Shown: piece after piece, positions 1 to 9,779 of the stretch
How the letters are laid out: each line of letters starts with the position of its first letter
Position numbering within the stretch: the stretch's first letter is position 1
Assembly: GCA_963531145.1 (NCBI GenBank)
Contig: CAUSEX010000001.1
Span: forward strand, 7,017-71,016
Length of the DNA stretch: 64,000 nt
Source: an uncultured Candidatus Saccharibacteria bacterium
Lineage (GTDB): Bacteria > Patescibacteriota > Saccharimonadia > Saccharimonadales > Saccharimonadaceae
Direction of reading: 5' to 3'
Notes under the pieces: generated by a model
Seen by the model: the letters and a program-made list of their open reading frames with translations, nothing else
Told to the model about the DNA's origin: nothing
Databases searched by the model: none
Program-made: the position numbers and the translations under genes

Positions 1-2
1 TT

Positions 3-350
3 GTCGGAGCACCGCTCGAAAAAATGTGGCAGCAGCGCGGTCTAAACGTGCAGGTCTACGACAAGACGAATCCAGCTACCGCAGACAGTTTGCAAAAATG
101 TAACGTAATTGTAACAGCGACCGGCGTGCCGCACTTGATCACCTCCGAAATGATCGCGCCAGAAACAGTAGTGGTGGATGCTGGTACGGCGAGCGAAGGC
201 GGTGTGTTGGTCGGCGATGTTGACGATGCGGTTCGCCAGCGCAGCGATATTACGATTACACCGCAAAAGGGCGGTGTCGGTCCGTTGACATACGCAGTAT
301 TATTTGATCATCTGATTGAGGCGTGCTTGCGGCAAGTTGGTAAGTTATAG
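3..350 (+). CDS. folD: Methylenetetrahydrofolate dehydrogenase/cyclohydrolase, 5'-truncated by window edge
   Basis: Frame open from base 3 (VGAPLEKM...); motifs IVTATGVP, VVVDAG, LVGDV, ITPQKGGVGPLT typical of the FolD C-terminus. Confidence 0.9.
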   Translation, partial: VGAPLEKMWQQRGLNVQVYDKTNPATADSLQKCNVIVTATGVPHLITSEMIAPETVVVDAGTASEGGVLVGDVDDAVRQRSDITITPQKGGVGPLTYAVLFDHLIEACLRQVGKL

Positions 351-355
351 TAATT

Positions 356-730
356 CTATCGCTTATCGTTCAGTGCTTCTTTGGTGTGGATGACAACTTG
401 GCTAGGTGTTAGATTAGCCTTGACGATATAACTATGAATACCTAGGTTACGCAGCTCGGCAGGTGCCTCTTCTTCGCCTAGGTTGGTTAGAATGATAACT
501 GGCGTATTAGCATTAGCGGGTTGTTGGCGGATTTTTCGCAGAGCTTCGGTGCCGTTCATATTCGGCATTTGCAGATCAAGTAAAATAATGTCAGGATTAG
601 CGTGCTGAACCACTTTGACGCCAGTCTCGCCGTCGCTGGCAGTAACCACTTCGAAGCCGGCTGCTTCGAACTTCATGCGGTACATTTGGTTGATTACTTG
701 ATCGTCCTCGATAATAGCGATAGTTGTCAT
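356..730 (-). CDS. Single-domain response regulator (receiver domain)
   Basis: MTTIAIIEDD...IILLDLQMPNMNG...VIILTN...YIVK; start moved to ATG at 730, 6 nt after a TGnTATTAT -10 element. Confidence 0.9.
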   Translation of the reverse strand: MTTIAIIEDDQVINQMYRMKFEAAGFEVVTASDGETGVKVVQHANPDIILLDLQMPNMNGTEALRKIRQQPANANTPVIILTNLGEEEAPAELRNLGIHSYIVKANLTPSQVVIHTKEALNDKR

Positions 731-808
731 GTTTTTATAATAGCATATCCCAGTTACTTTTCGAGTAAGCTCTAGCGTTATCGTCGAGAAAAGTGTACTA
801 TAAAAGCA

Positions 809-2062
809 ATGAAGCGGTTTTTTGGTAGAGTTCGCCGTCCATCGTATCGTTCGCAGCAAGTTGTGGACGTTCTGACGCGCAAAATGGTTGATGCCAAAGA
901 CATTGATACATTGCTAAATAGCTATTTAGAAACTTTTGTTAGTGTACTGCAAGTACGTTTTGCTGGCGTGGCTTTTTGCGATCAATATCACCAGCCGTAT
1001 ATTGCTGGCAAGCGTAATGTGCCGGCATGGTTGGATTCGCAGACGCTTGGTTCTGGCGACATTGGTGATTATGCTCGATATGGTATTGCAGCAATCTTAC
1101 CGCTATGCGTTGCCGATCAGAAAATTGGTTGCCTGGTAATTGGCGAGCGGCGTGACGGCTGCGAGATTCGCGGTAAGGAATTTGAGCTGTTTGATGTTTT
1201 GGCGCGTAACCTATCGGTGGCACTTTTGAATATGTTTCGCCTAGAGGAGATCCGCCGCTTAGCTGGAAATTTAGAGAAGGAAGTCGATGAGGCGACTAGT
1301 CAGCTGCGCCAGTCCAACAAAAGATTGCAGGCCCTGGATGCCACTAAAGATGAGTTTGTCAGTATGGCCAGCCACCAGCTGCGGACGCCGCTGACTAGCG
1401 TAAAAGGCTACCTAAGTATGGTTCTCGAGGGCGACGCTGGCGAGATTACACCGCCGCAGCGGCAGCTGCTAGAAGAGGCTTTTCGCAGCAGCGAGCGGAT
1501 GGTGCGATTGGTTAGTGATTTTTTGAACGTGAGCCGTTTGCAGACTGGTAAGTTTATTATCAATCGTACAGCGGTCAATTTGTCGCAGCTGGTTGCCGAA
1601 GAGGTTGCGAACGTAGATCAGGTGGCAAATACGCATAAGGTCAAGGTCACGTATCGCCAGCCAGCGCGTTTTCCGCTGCTGTATCTAGACGACACCAAGA
1701 TTCGCCAAGTTATTATGAATTTCATTGATAACGCTATTTATTATTCACCAGACGCTAATACGGTAAAGGTCCGATTGTCAATTGAAGATGGCCAGGCAGT
1801 TTTGCGGGTAATCGATAGGGGAATGGGTGTATCGCCATCTGCCAAGAAAAAGCTTGGCACTAAGTTCTTTCGCGGCGACAACGCTCGGCGGCAGCGGCCG
1901 GACGGCACGGGGATTGGCTTGTTCTTGGCGAAGAAAGTAGTCGAAGGGCATGGCGGTACGATGATTTTCGAATCGGAGCTCGGCAAGGGTAGTACTTTTG
2001 GCTTTCGGCTACCGATTGCGGAGTTAAAGTCGCCGCCAGCTCTAGACGGCAGCAAAGCATAA
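809..2062 (+). CDS. Sensor histidine kinase (GAF-like + HisKA + HATPase)
   Basis: H-box [10 protein letters not shown]-box [11 protein letters not shown]1 DRGMG, G2 GTGIGL, GSTFGF. Confidence 0.92.
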   Translation: MKRFFGRVRRPSYRSQQVVDVLTRKMVDAKDIDTLLNSYLETFVSVLQVRFAGVAFCDQYHQPYIAGKRNVPAWLDSQTLGSGDIGDYARYGIAAILPLCVADQKIGCLVIGERRDGCEIRGKEFELFDVLARNLSVALLNMFRLEEIRRLAGNLEKEVDEATSQLRQSNKRLQALDATKDEFVSMASHQLRTPLTSVKGYLSMVLEGDAGEITPPQRQLLEEAFRSSERMVRLVSDFLNVSRLQTGKFIINRTAVNLSQLVAEEVANVDQVANTHKVKVTYRQPARFPLLYLDDTKIRQVIMNFIDNAIYYSPDANTVKVRLSIEDGQAVLRVIDRGMGVSPSAKKKLGTKFFRGDNARRQRPDGTGIGLFLAKKVVEGHGGTMIFESELGKGSTFGFRLPIAELKSPPALDGSKA

Positions 2063-2079
2063 ATGGTATACTTTTATTT

Positions 2080-2523
2080 ATGAAGAGGAAGACGGGATTT
2101 ATCATAGGTGGCGGCCTGGCGGTTATAGCAGCTGTTGTCGCTGCGGCAGCACTGGGATATCTTTACGGCGGCGTAAAAACGCCAGAACAGCGCACGCTGG
2201 TTTACTATAATGTGTGCGGAAATGATATCATTGATAAGTTTAATGGTAGTATGTCTTCCCCTGATAATCTGAAGAAGATTGCTGGCGAAATAGAAAAAAA
2301 GAATCACTATGCTGATGACGCCACATGCGTTGTTGCTTTGTATTTTTATCATACGACCGCAGATGCGAACGGTCATAGCCAGAAGACGGACGATTTATAT
2401 AACAAAATAAAAAACCTGTCAGACAAAGGAATATACGCTAGCGGCAGGCTGAAAGTGCCAGTTAATGTTGAGCAGTTAAATTTGCTGCGCAGCAAACAAT
2501 CAGTTCCGGAGAATAAGCAATAA
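2080..2523 (+). CDS. Hypothetical membrane-anchored protein
   Basis: 147 aa ORF, N-terminal hydrophobic helix, TGnTATACT 7 nt upstream, stop overlaps the next start (TAATG). Confidence 0.75.
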   Translation: MKRKTGFIIGGGLAVIAAVVAAAALGYLYGGVKTPEQRTLVYYNVCGNDIIDKFNGSMSSPDNLKKIAGEIEKKNHYADDATCVVALYFYHTTADANGHSQKTDDLYNKIKNLSDKGIYASGRLKVPVNVEQLNLLRSKQSVPENKQ

Positions 2524-5306
2524 TGCACGAGGGGCTGCTGCGTGGCTTGAAGTGGTGGCTTAGCTGTTTTGTTATTGTAGCGGCCGCAGGTGTTGTTTGT
2601 TTGCTGAGAAGCGATACGTCGTATGCAGTTTATGGTTGGAATTCTGGACGTAACGATATGGAGAAGCAAGCTTGGAATGGTGATCCTTGCGGCGATTATA
2701 TTAATCACCCGTGCGCTGTCTGGTGGGCGTCTTATCATAATACGAACTATTTCAGTATGGTGGGGTCTTCGCCGACCAACCCGATCGAGATGGACTGGAA
2801 TGCAACAACACTATATTTTACTATACGAGGCTCGTGGAATACCCAACGATTTCGTAATCCAATTAGAATTTACTCTCTTTTCACTTTCAACGGGCAGGGC
2901 AGGTCTGTTTGGGTAACTAATCCAGCAGGTCATATAGACGGCAACGGCAATTATTTCTTTAATAGGGGCTATTATGGCGGCGGCGGTCCTGAATATCAGT
3001 GGATAAACGGTGAAAGCGAATGGGATCAGTTAAATCTAGGAGCTGACGTTAACGGTGTCGCTCAACCTGGCGGCCCGTCAGAGCTGGTTACGTTTGGTGC
3101 AAAAAGCTGTTTGGCGGTCATGAGAGGTAATAAAGTATACACTTATAGCGGTTCTCATGTTAACTGCGGTACCGATAATATCTCGCTGTGGGTACGCCGT
3201 AAGCCGCGACCTAGCGGCTGGAAAGTCCAAGGCGAAAGCTATATCTATAATCGTTCCGACAACAAGACTTATGCGAATTATAATAATTCTAACGCTTTTG
3301 GTACTTCTCGCCCGTACGCTGAACGCCATCTAGAAGGTAAGCCTGATGTTTTTCCTGGAAAACAAGCCGAATTTATAGCGACTCTTCGGAATACTCCATA
3401 TTCAAATTATCAGCATACAACATCTAGTGTACAAGTGGTTATAGAATCAGCGTATTTTAATAATCTGCACGATGTCGCTAGCTGTGCCGGTAAGGATTGG
3501 CGCCATTGCGGTGGTAGTAATAATGGACATAGAGTTCTCATTGCACGCGGAGCGGTCAGTAATATTTATAACAATAAATGCCGGTCGGCGCTTAATAACT
3601 TAGTGCAAAGTCCTAATAATACAAATACTTGGAGTGGTCGAGACGGCGACGATTGTATGAAGATTCGCGTGCCTAGCGACGGCAGTCGAGCGGGGTCTTA
3701 TATATGTACGCAGATATGGTGGACGTGGCCTGATTCGGTGGTGCGTCGAGACTGGGCTTCAAGTGAACCTGCTTGTGCGAGGGTGGCGTCTGACTTCAAT
3801 TTGGTGCCAGGAGTTGGTTCGGCGGGCGGGTCAACGGCTATTGGCGTACTAGAACAAGGTAATGCGACAACGCTAGATAGCACTATATACAATACGGGCG
3901 GGCGTCGCGAAGCTGGCGGCAGTAGTGATGCCGATGTCTTTACGTTTGCCTTCACTGGATCGGCTGCGGAAATGTCGGATGGTCAACTGGGCAGTATGCT
4001 AAATAGCATATTCAATAAGAATGACGGAGACAGGCATTATGCCGATACGACCTATGGCGCAGGCGTGAATACATGCTCTTGGCTCAACTCTCAGCCCCAG
4101 TTGTCTGGTAAAATTAGCGATTGTACGCCAACAAATAACAAGCAGAGTGCTTTTGACAGGACTGAAGTTATTGATACATCGGCGCTTGATACGGCACGAT
4201 ACAAGATTGGCGATGTAATTTGCCGGGTAGCTACTGTTAATAAGTATAACTGGGATACAACGGGAGATTCTTCAAAACGCCGCGTATCGTATCCGCGTTG
4301 CTACCGTATTTCCAAGAGGCCAATGGTACAAGTCTGGGGTGGTGATGTGCGCGTCGGGTCGAGCAATATCGCGAATGCTTTAGTCACCCAACAGTATAAG
4401 TCGGGTATCTATACTGGCGGCGCGCGTACGCTGACTATGAGTGGCAATACTCATTCGATCGGCAGCTGGGGTGAGTATGGTATGTTTGCGCCAGAAATTT
4501 CCTCGTATAGCCGGTCAAATGTTGTGTCGGCATCAGGAGGTGCTCTTTCTGGCATGGGTACGACATCGCGGTTGGGCATAGCGGCAGATAGCGAGTTAAA
4601 TGGTCTAACATTTGCCAATAATAAGGCTAGATATGGGCAATGGGGAACTATCGGCGCGCAAAATACTGTCAAATCTAGTTATTTTGGCACTCAGCGTCCG
4701 TTGGCGGGCGAGAATATTTCGCTTAACGGATTAGATGGCTCGTACAAATTATCATCGTCGCGAGCAATCGTGAATTTGTCGGGCGGCACTGTTGGAATGG
4801 GTAGATCGGTTATCATTGATGCTGGTGACAAGACGGTAGTTATAGATGGTGATATACGTTATGATACTGGTAGCTTCTCTAGCGCTAGCCAATTGCCGCA
4901 GGTTGTGATATATGCGCGCAATATCATTGTTAAGGATAACGTGACTAATATCGATGCTTGGTTAATTGCTTCGGGTACTAATGCTGGCGTGGGTGGTGTA
5001 ATTTCTACCTGCGAAGTTGACGAGAGCGGTGTTCGATCAGCATTGATCCGATCTGATTATACTAGCGGATTGAAATCGACGGTTTGTGACAAGCCGTTAC
5101 AGATTAATGGGGTAGTGTCGGCGCGTGTTTTGCAGCTGCGCCGTACTCACGGAGCTGACGGTTCGGCTGGCAATGAGAATGGTTATACCACGCCAGCGGA
5201 GATTATTAACGCGCGGATGGATACGTACTTGTGGGCCTATAATAAAGCTAACGCAAACAGTTCTATTTCAACCGACACCACAACCGAGCTGCCACCGCGG
5301 TATTAG
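2523..5306 (+). CDS. Large exported Cys/Gly/Ser/Asn-rich protein, putative adhesin
   Basis: 927 aa ORF, N-terminal signal/TM segment, paired cysteines, beta-rich C-terminal region ending ELPPRY; function inferred only. Confidence 0.7.
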   Translation: MHEGLLRGLKWWLSCFVIVAAAGVVCLLRSDTSYAVYGWNSGRNDMEKQAWNGDPCGDYINHPCAVWWASYHNTNYFSMVGSSPTNPIEMDWNATTLYFTIRGSWNTQRFRNPIRIYSLFTFNGQGRSVWVTNPAGHIDGNGNYFFNRGYYGGGGPEYQWINGESEWDQLNLGADVNGVAQPGGPSELVTFGAKSCLAVMRGNKVYTYSGSHVNCGTDNISLWVRRKPRPSGWKVQGESYIYNRSDNKTYANYNNSNAFGTSRPYAERHLEGKPDVFPGKQAEFIATLRNTPYSNYQHTTSSVQVVIESAYFNNLHDVASCAGKDWRHCGGSNNGHRVLIARGAVSNIYNNKCRSALNNLVQSPNNTNTWSGRDGDDCMKIRVPSDGSRAGSYICTQIWWTWPDSVVRRDWASSEPACARVASDFNLVPGVGSAGGSTAIGVLEQGNATTLDSTIYNTGGRREAGGSSDADVFTFAFTGSAAEMSDGQLGSMLNSIFNKNDGDRHYADTTYGAGVNTCSWLNSQPQLSGKISDCTPTNNKQSAFDRTEVIDTSALDTARYKIGDVICRVATVNKYNWDTTGDSSKRRVSYPRCYRISKRPMVQVWGGDVRVGSSNIANALVTQQYKSGIYTGGARTLTMSGNTHSIGSWGEYGMFAPEISSYSRSNVVSASGGALSGMGTTSRLGIAADSELNGLTFANNKARYGQWGTIGAQNTVKSSYFGTQRPLAGENISLNGLDGSYKLSSSRAIVNLSGGTVGMGRSVIIDAGDKTVVIDGDIRYDTGSFSSASQLPQVVIYARNIIVKDNVTNIDAWLIASGTNAGVGGVISTCEVDESGVRSALIRSDYTSGLKSTVCDKPLQINGVVSARVLQLRRTHGADGSAGNENGYTTPAEIINARMDTYLWAYNKANANSSISTDTTTELPPRY

Positions 5307-5357
5307 CAGTTGTTTATTGCGCAAATAAGGCCAATCTGTTAAGATATCTGTAAGTGC

Positions 5358-5432
5358 GGCCTTATCGTCTAACGGTTAGGACACCAGGTTTTCATCCTGG
5401 CAATCCGGGTTCGATTCCCGGTAAGGTCACCA
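5358..5432 (+). tRNA. tRNA-Glu(TTC)
   Basis: Cloverleaf: acceptor GGCCTTA/TAAGGTC, anticodon arm CCAGG-TTTTCAT-CCTGG, T-arm GGTTCGATTCC, encoded CCA. Confidence 0.97.
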
Positions 5433-5442
5433 TTATGGAATC

Positions 5443-5465
5443 AAGAGGCTCTTTGGAGTCTTTTT
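5443..5465 (+). terminator. Probable intrinsic terminator after tRNA-Glu
   Basis: AAGAGGCTC-TTTG-GAGTCTTTT hairpin running into a T tract. Confidence 0.6.
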
Positions 5466-5610
5466 GTTTGTCCTTCAATCTGTAAAACATAGTCAAACTG
5501 TACGCTCCAAAGTTGAGATTCATTATGACGTAGATATATAATTTAGTTTTTGTCATTACAAACCGAGACCTCTATGGCCTTATTATCAATAATGTTTGGT
5601 ATAATGATAG

Positions 5611-5748
5611 GGTCTGGATTAAACAGTTAGATAAAAGCAGGTCTCTCGGAGATTCAGTTGAGCTGTAAAAGCGACAACTGTACGAAAGACTTAAGGAGCT
5701 CAACTCTTTCTGTTTGGTCCAGACAACCTAGTACGGTTGTCGTTTTTT
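5611..5748 (+). ncRNA. Candidate structured leader RNA / attenuator
   Basis: Follows TGGTATAAT (5597-5605); nested 15-bp and 9-bp stems, terminator hairpin plus T6, and a competing 17-bp pairing. Confidence 0.65.
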
Positions 5749-5772
5749 ATTATTTAACAGAAAGGAAGTAAA

Positions 5773-6279
5773 ATGAATAAAAAGCTTGGACCCGGATCAT
5801 TGCTTATCTTGAGCCTAGTGCTACTATATACAAGTGGCGCGGTCGAAGGAGCTCTAGGAGTAGGACTTGGCGTAGGTGGTCTAGTATGTCTAGTACTGGG
5901 AATTGTAGGTGGAGCAAAGAAGCTTTTCAAGGGTGGTGATAGTATAGAAAAACGAACTAGATCCACAGCCCGTGCAATACTATCAAGCTTTCTATTGGTG
6001 CGATCAGAGTGTAATTACCCTATCGAGTCACCTTCAGATAAAATTCGAATATATACTCACATATTGAAAATACGAGGATATAATGATGATGCAGTCAAAG
6101 GACTTATACACGAAGCTAAAAAGATTAGCGAAGTAAGGGACTCCGTAAAAGGTATTAGCTTAAATACATTGGTGCATGTGTTGGTGTCTCATGAATACAC
6201 AAAGGACACGCATAAAGAGCTGACGGAATCACAACTAGAGATAGTTGATAGAGTACTAAGTCAAATATATAGGGCGTAA
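5773..6279 (+). CDS. Hypothetical membrane protein (island)
   Basis: 168 aa ORF, AAGGAAG SD-like site, two N-terminal hydrophobic segments. Confidence 0.75.
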   Translation: MNKKLGPGSLLILSLVLLYTSGAVEGALGVGLGVGGLVCLVLGIVGGAKKLFKGGDSIEKRTRSTARAILSSFLLVRSECNYPIESPSDKIRIYTHILKIRGYNDDAVKGLIHEAKKISEVRDSVKGISLNTLVHVLVSHEYTKDTHKELTESQLEIVDRVLSQIYRA

Positions 6280-6280
6280 T

Positions 6281-6916
6281 ATGAATGCAGCAAGTATAGA
6301 TTGGCTAATGGTTCTAGCTTTTGCAATCATTGGCGGTGGTTTTATCGGGCTTGTAATGGGTCATAAGATTAAAGACGGTCCAGTAAAAGTCCTTACTACT
6401 CCTATGATATTTCAGACTGGTGCAACTAATACTGTTCTGATAGTTATCGGACTAAGTCTTATTGCTTTATGTTTTACAGTAAGCATATGGCACGGTGTGG
6501 CCGCTATAGCTTTAGGCTTTATAACCGAGTCCTTCGTTGGCGCTAAGGTGATGTATGATGAAAAAGGCGGTATCGGTAAGGCTATTAAAACAACCATCAT
6601 CCTTCTGCTCGTGGTGTGTCTACCTTTTGGAGGCTACCAATACCACCAATATAACCGTTCACCAAACGAGAAAGACAAGTTGACCTTTATATATGAGTGC
6701 GATGAGTATTATACAAACGAGGTATTTAAGAGTGAGCGTTCACGAGATACAGCAAAAGCTATATGTAATTGTTTATGGCCGGATTTAGTCGGTAAATATG
6801 GAACTATGGGAAAAATTAATGATGTAGCTAGATGGAGTGGTAGCGTAACTCATGGAGATAAAGAATTCAACCACATGAGCAAAGTGTGCTTGGATAATTA
6901 CCGCAACAGGAATTAA
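6281..6916 (+). CDS. Hypothetical multi-pass membrane protein with Cys-containing C-terminal domain (island)
   Basis: 211 aa ORF, about 4 hydrophobic segments then YEC...CNC...VC. Confidence 0.75.
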   Translation: MNAASIDWLMVLAFAIIGGGFIGLVMGHKIKDGPVKVLTTPMIFQTGATNTVLIVIGLSLIALCFTVSIWHGVAAIALGFITESFVGAKVMYDEKGGIGKAIKTTIILLLVVCLPFGGYQYHQYNRSPNEKDKLTFIYECDEYYTNEVFKSERSRDTAKAICNCLWPDLVGKYGTMGKINDVARWSGSVTHGDKEFNHMSKVCLDNYRNRN

Positions 6917-7442
6917 CATAAATAAAAATAGATAGCCAAAACTACTAGAATTCGACGATTCTATCTCTGTTAAATTACTATAATCGGCAATATACACTTA
7001 TTTGTATGCATATACTAGACCATCCAATTTTTCCATAGCACGAGTTTTGTATAAATTGCCACTAATTTCCACAGATAGCTAATATCTATTGACTGTTAAG
7101 CTGGTAGCACCTCCCACACCCACCTGTAAGAGCATATTTCGAAACTACCCCTTTGTTTTTATGAAGCTAATATAGATTAATCCCATAGAATGCAAAAAAG
7201 TGTATAGCGCTCATCATAAAATGCTGCTAGTGGAGGATACGCTGATTAGTTTCAGTACTGTAACGGATGTATTATGCCAGAGATAAACCCCTCATAAGGT
7301 GATGTAGCCGCCTGAGTTTCATAAGGATATCGTTCCAATTCGATTCAACGACATTCACATATAATATAACTTGCACTTGTCAAGTACGTTCTAGTCTAGG
7401 CGTACTATTTTTGTGGAATATATTAGAGTATAATAGCTATCT

Positions 7443-8870
7443 ATGAGTAATACATTTAAAAGGACTAAGATACTGGCGACTCTGGGGCCAGCCACAAATT
7501 CACCAGAGAAAATCAAACAATTAATTGAAGCTGGCGCAAATGGCTTTCGTTTGAACTTTAGCCATGGATCGTACGAAGAACGGCTCGATCAGATCAAGTG
7601 GATTCGTGATGCTAGCGCCGAAGTTGGCCGAACGGTAGCAATCTTGCAAGATTTACAAGGACCAAAAATTCGTCTCGGCGTTCTAAAGAATAACCACTTA
7701 GATGTTAAAGCTGGCGACGAGATCGTTCTCGATCATGCAATTCAAGAACACGATGGTAGTACGAATTTGCCGATTCAATATAATCTAGCTAACAAGGTTA
7801 AGGTCGGCGAGCCAGTCTATCTGTTTGACGGCAAGATTCGCGGCGAGATGATTGAGCGGGTTAGCGATACAGCAATCAAGATTCGTATTCTGAACGATGG
7901 ATTCTTGATGAGCCGTAAAGGCTTGAATCTGCCAGACACCGACTTTGGCGGCGATATTTTAACGCCAAAAGATTTGGCTGACGTAGAGTTTGGCGCCGAT
8001 AAAGATATTGATTTTGTAGCCCTCAGTTTTATTCAGAGCGCAGACGATATCAATAACTTGCGGCAGATTATGCTAAGCCACGGTTCAACAGCACAGATTA
8101 TCGCGAAAGTTGAGACCAAAGCAGCTATCGAGATGGAAGCGCTCAAAGAAATAGTTAAGGCTGCTGACGGCGTGATGATCGCGCGTGGCGACTTAGCGGT
8201 CGAGACTAGCCCCGAGATTGTACCGATTGTTGAGCGCGAAGCAATTCGCTTGTGTCGCAAATACGGTAAACTATCAATAGTGGCAACGCAAATGCTAGCT
8301 AGTATGGTCGATAATCCAGAGCCTACTCGCGCCGAAGTTAGCGATGTAGCAACAGCAGTAATCCTCGGTACTGATGTGGTGATGCTCTCTGATGAGACAG
8401 CTAACGGTAGTTATCCTGTCGAGGCAGTCAAAATGATGGCCAAGACGGTGCGCTACACGCAGTCGCGCTGGCCGATGAATGACATGCCGATTGAATATGG
8501 CGAGAAGAACCGCCGCCGTAATGCGATTGCTAATGCTGCGGTAGTAGTAGCCAACCAAGTAGACGCCGATGTGATTATCGCCGAAACTAAATCTGGCGCG
8601 ACGGCTGCGCGGATTGCGGCTTGCCGCCCAGAGCTGCCAATCGCTGCGGTAACGCCGAATAAGCGTGTGGCTCAACAGTTAGCTTTGTCATACGCTACCC
8701 GCTCATATGTGCGCGAAGAGGGCGAGCATGTTGGTACAAAATTAGCCAAAGAATTGCTTGATTGGGGTACTTTCGGGCGCGATGACAAATTGACCGCGGT
8801 TGTTGTCAGCGGCCGTCAGTCGGGTGTAGCCGGCGGTACCGACACATTGCGTGTGCGTGTTGTTGAGTAA
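7443..8870 (+). CDS. pyk: Pyruvate kinase
   Basis: RTKILATLGPA, RLNFSHG, DLQGPKIR, AKVE, MIARGDL, ATQML.SM, MLSDETA.G. Confidence 0.98.
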   Translation: MSNTFKRTKILATLGPATNSPEKIKQLIEAGANGFRLNFSHGSYEERLDQIKWIRDASAEVGRTVAILQDLQGPKIRLGVLKNNHLDVKAGDEIVLDHAIQEHDGSTNLPIQYNLANKVKVGEPVYLFDGKIRGEMIERVSDTAIKIRILNDGFLMSRKGLNLPDTDFGGDILTPKDLADVEFGADKDIDFVALSFIQSADDINNLRQIMLSHGSTAQIIAKVETKAAIEMEALKEIVKAADGVMIARGDLAVETSPEIVPIVEREAIRLCRKYGKLSIVATQMLASMVDNPEPTRAEVSDVATAVILGTDVVMLSDETANGSYPVEAVKMMAKTVRYTQSRWPMNDMPIEYGEKNRRRNAIANAAVVVANQVDADVIIAETKSGATAARIAACRPELPIAAVTPNKRVAQQLALSYATRSYVREEGEHVGTKLAKELLDWGTFGRDDKLTAVVVSGRQSGVAGGTDTLRVRVVE

Positions 8871-8891
8871 AATACAACAAAAATTTAAGAG

Positions 8892-8917
8892 ACACCTCGC
8901 TTGTGGCGAGGTGTTTT
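8892..8917 (+). terminator. Intrinsic terminator after pyk
   Basis: ACACCTCGC-TTGTG-GCGAGGTGT-TTT. Confidence 0.8.
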
Positions 8918-8991
8918 CACGCAAAAAACTAGACGAGCTTTAATAACTGTAGTAAACTAGACGCAAGGGTAAACATAAGCAAGTATAAAAC

Positions 8992-9777
8992 GTGGGCAAG
9001 AAACTTATTATTGCAAACTGGAAAATGAACCTCACTGTCAATGAGGCGAGTTTGTATGTTCATAAACTCGACAAGCTGGTTGGCAAGCTCAAAAATACTG
9101 AGGTAGTGCTGGCACCGACCATGTTAGCGCTCCAGCCGCTTAATATGCAGGTGCAACATCATCACTTTAACCTGGCAGTGCAGAACTTTTATTGGCGTGA
9201 CAGCGGTGCTTACACTGGTGAGGTATCGGCGTCGCAGCTGCGCGGTATCGTACAATATGGCATAATTGGCCACAGCGAGCGCCGGCATATCTTTGCTGAG
9301 CGCAGTAAAGATATTCGCAGCAAAGTGCAAGCGGCAGTACGTAATAATATTACGCCTGTATTGTGTATTGGTGAAACAGCGCAAGAACGAGCCAACAAGG
9401 AAACGTCTGATGTAATTCGCGATCAATTGGTGGGAGGACTAGCTAATATCACGAGCGTTGAGGTTGGCCAGATTGTTATAGCTTATGAGCCAGTGTGGTC
9501 AATCGGTACTGGTAAATTCGCTTCACCGCGCGACGTTGAACGCGCCGTTAAATATATTCGTCGGCAAATTGAGCATCTTTTCGGTAAGGTCGCTGCCGAG
9601 AATGTCCGTGTGCTTTACGGCGGTAGCGTTAATCTTGATAACGCTATGTCGTATTTGCAAACAGCTGGTGTAAATGGTTTGCTTATCGGTGAATCAAGTT
9701 TGGATGTCTATGCTTTTGCTGGTATTATCAAAAAATGTGAAGATATGCCATCCTTACCAGTAGAGAGAGGTAAATAG
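8992..9777 (+). CDS. tpiA: Triosephosphate isomerase
   Basis: ANWKMN, GAYTGEVS, GHSERR, AYEPVWSIGTG, YGGSV. Confidence 0.97.
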   Translation: MGKKLIIANWKMNLTVNEASLYVHKLDKLVGKLKNTEVVLAPTMLALQPLNMQVQHHHFNLAVQNFYWRDSGAYTGEVSASQLRGIVQYGIIGHSERRHIFAERSKDIRSKVQAAVRNNITPVLCIGETAQERANKETSDVIRDQLVGGLANITSVEVGQIVIAYEPVWSIGTGKFASPRDVERAVKYIRRQIEHLFGKVAAENVRVLYGGSVNLDNAMSYLQTAGVNGLLIGESSLDVYAFAGIIKKCEDMPSLPVERGK

Positions 9778-9779
9778 CT

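Noticed and set aside
5577..5584. GGCCTTAT matches the first 8 nt of tRNA-Glu
   Set aside because: Too short, and att duplications normally involve the 3' end; no integrase nearby
6990..7140. Minus-strand frame MLLQVGVGG...Y*LSVEISG...AYK* as a possible pseudogene
   Set aside because: Short, with no recognisable homology
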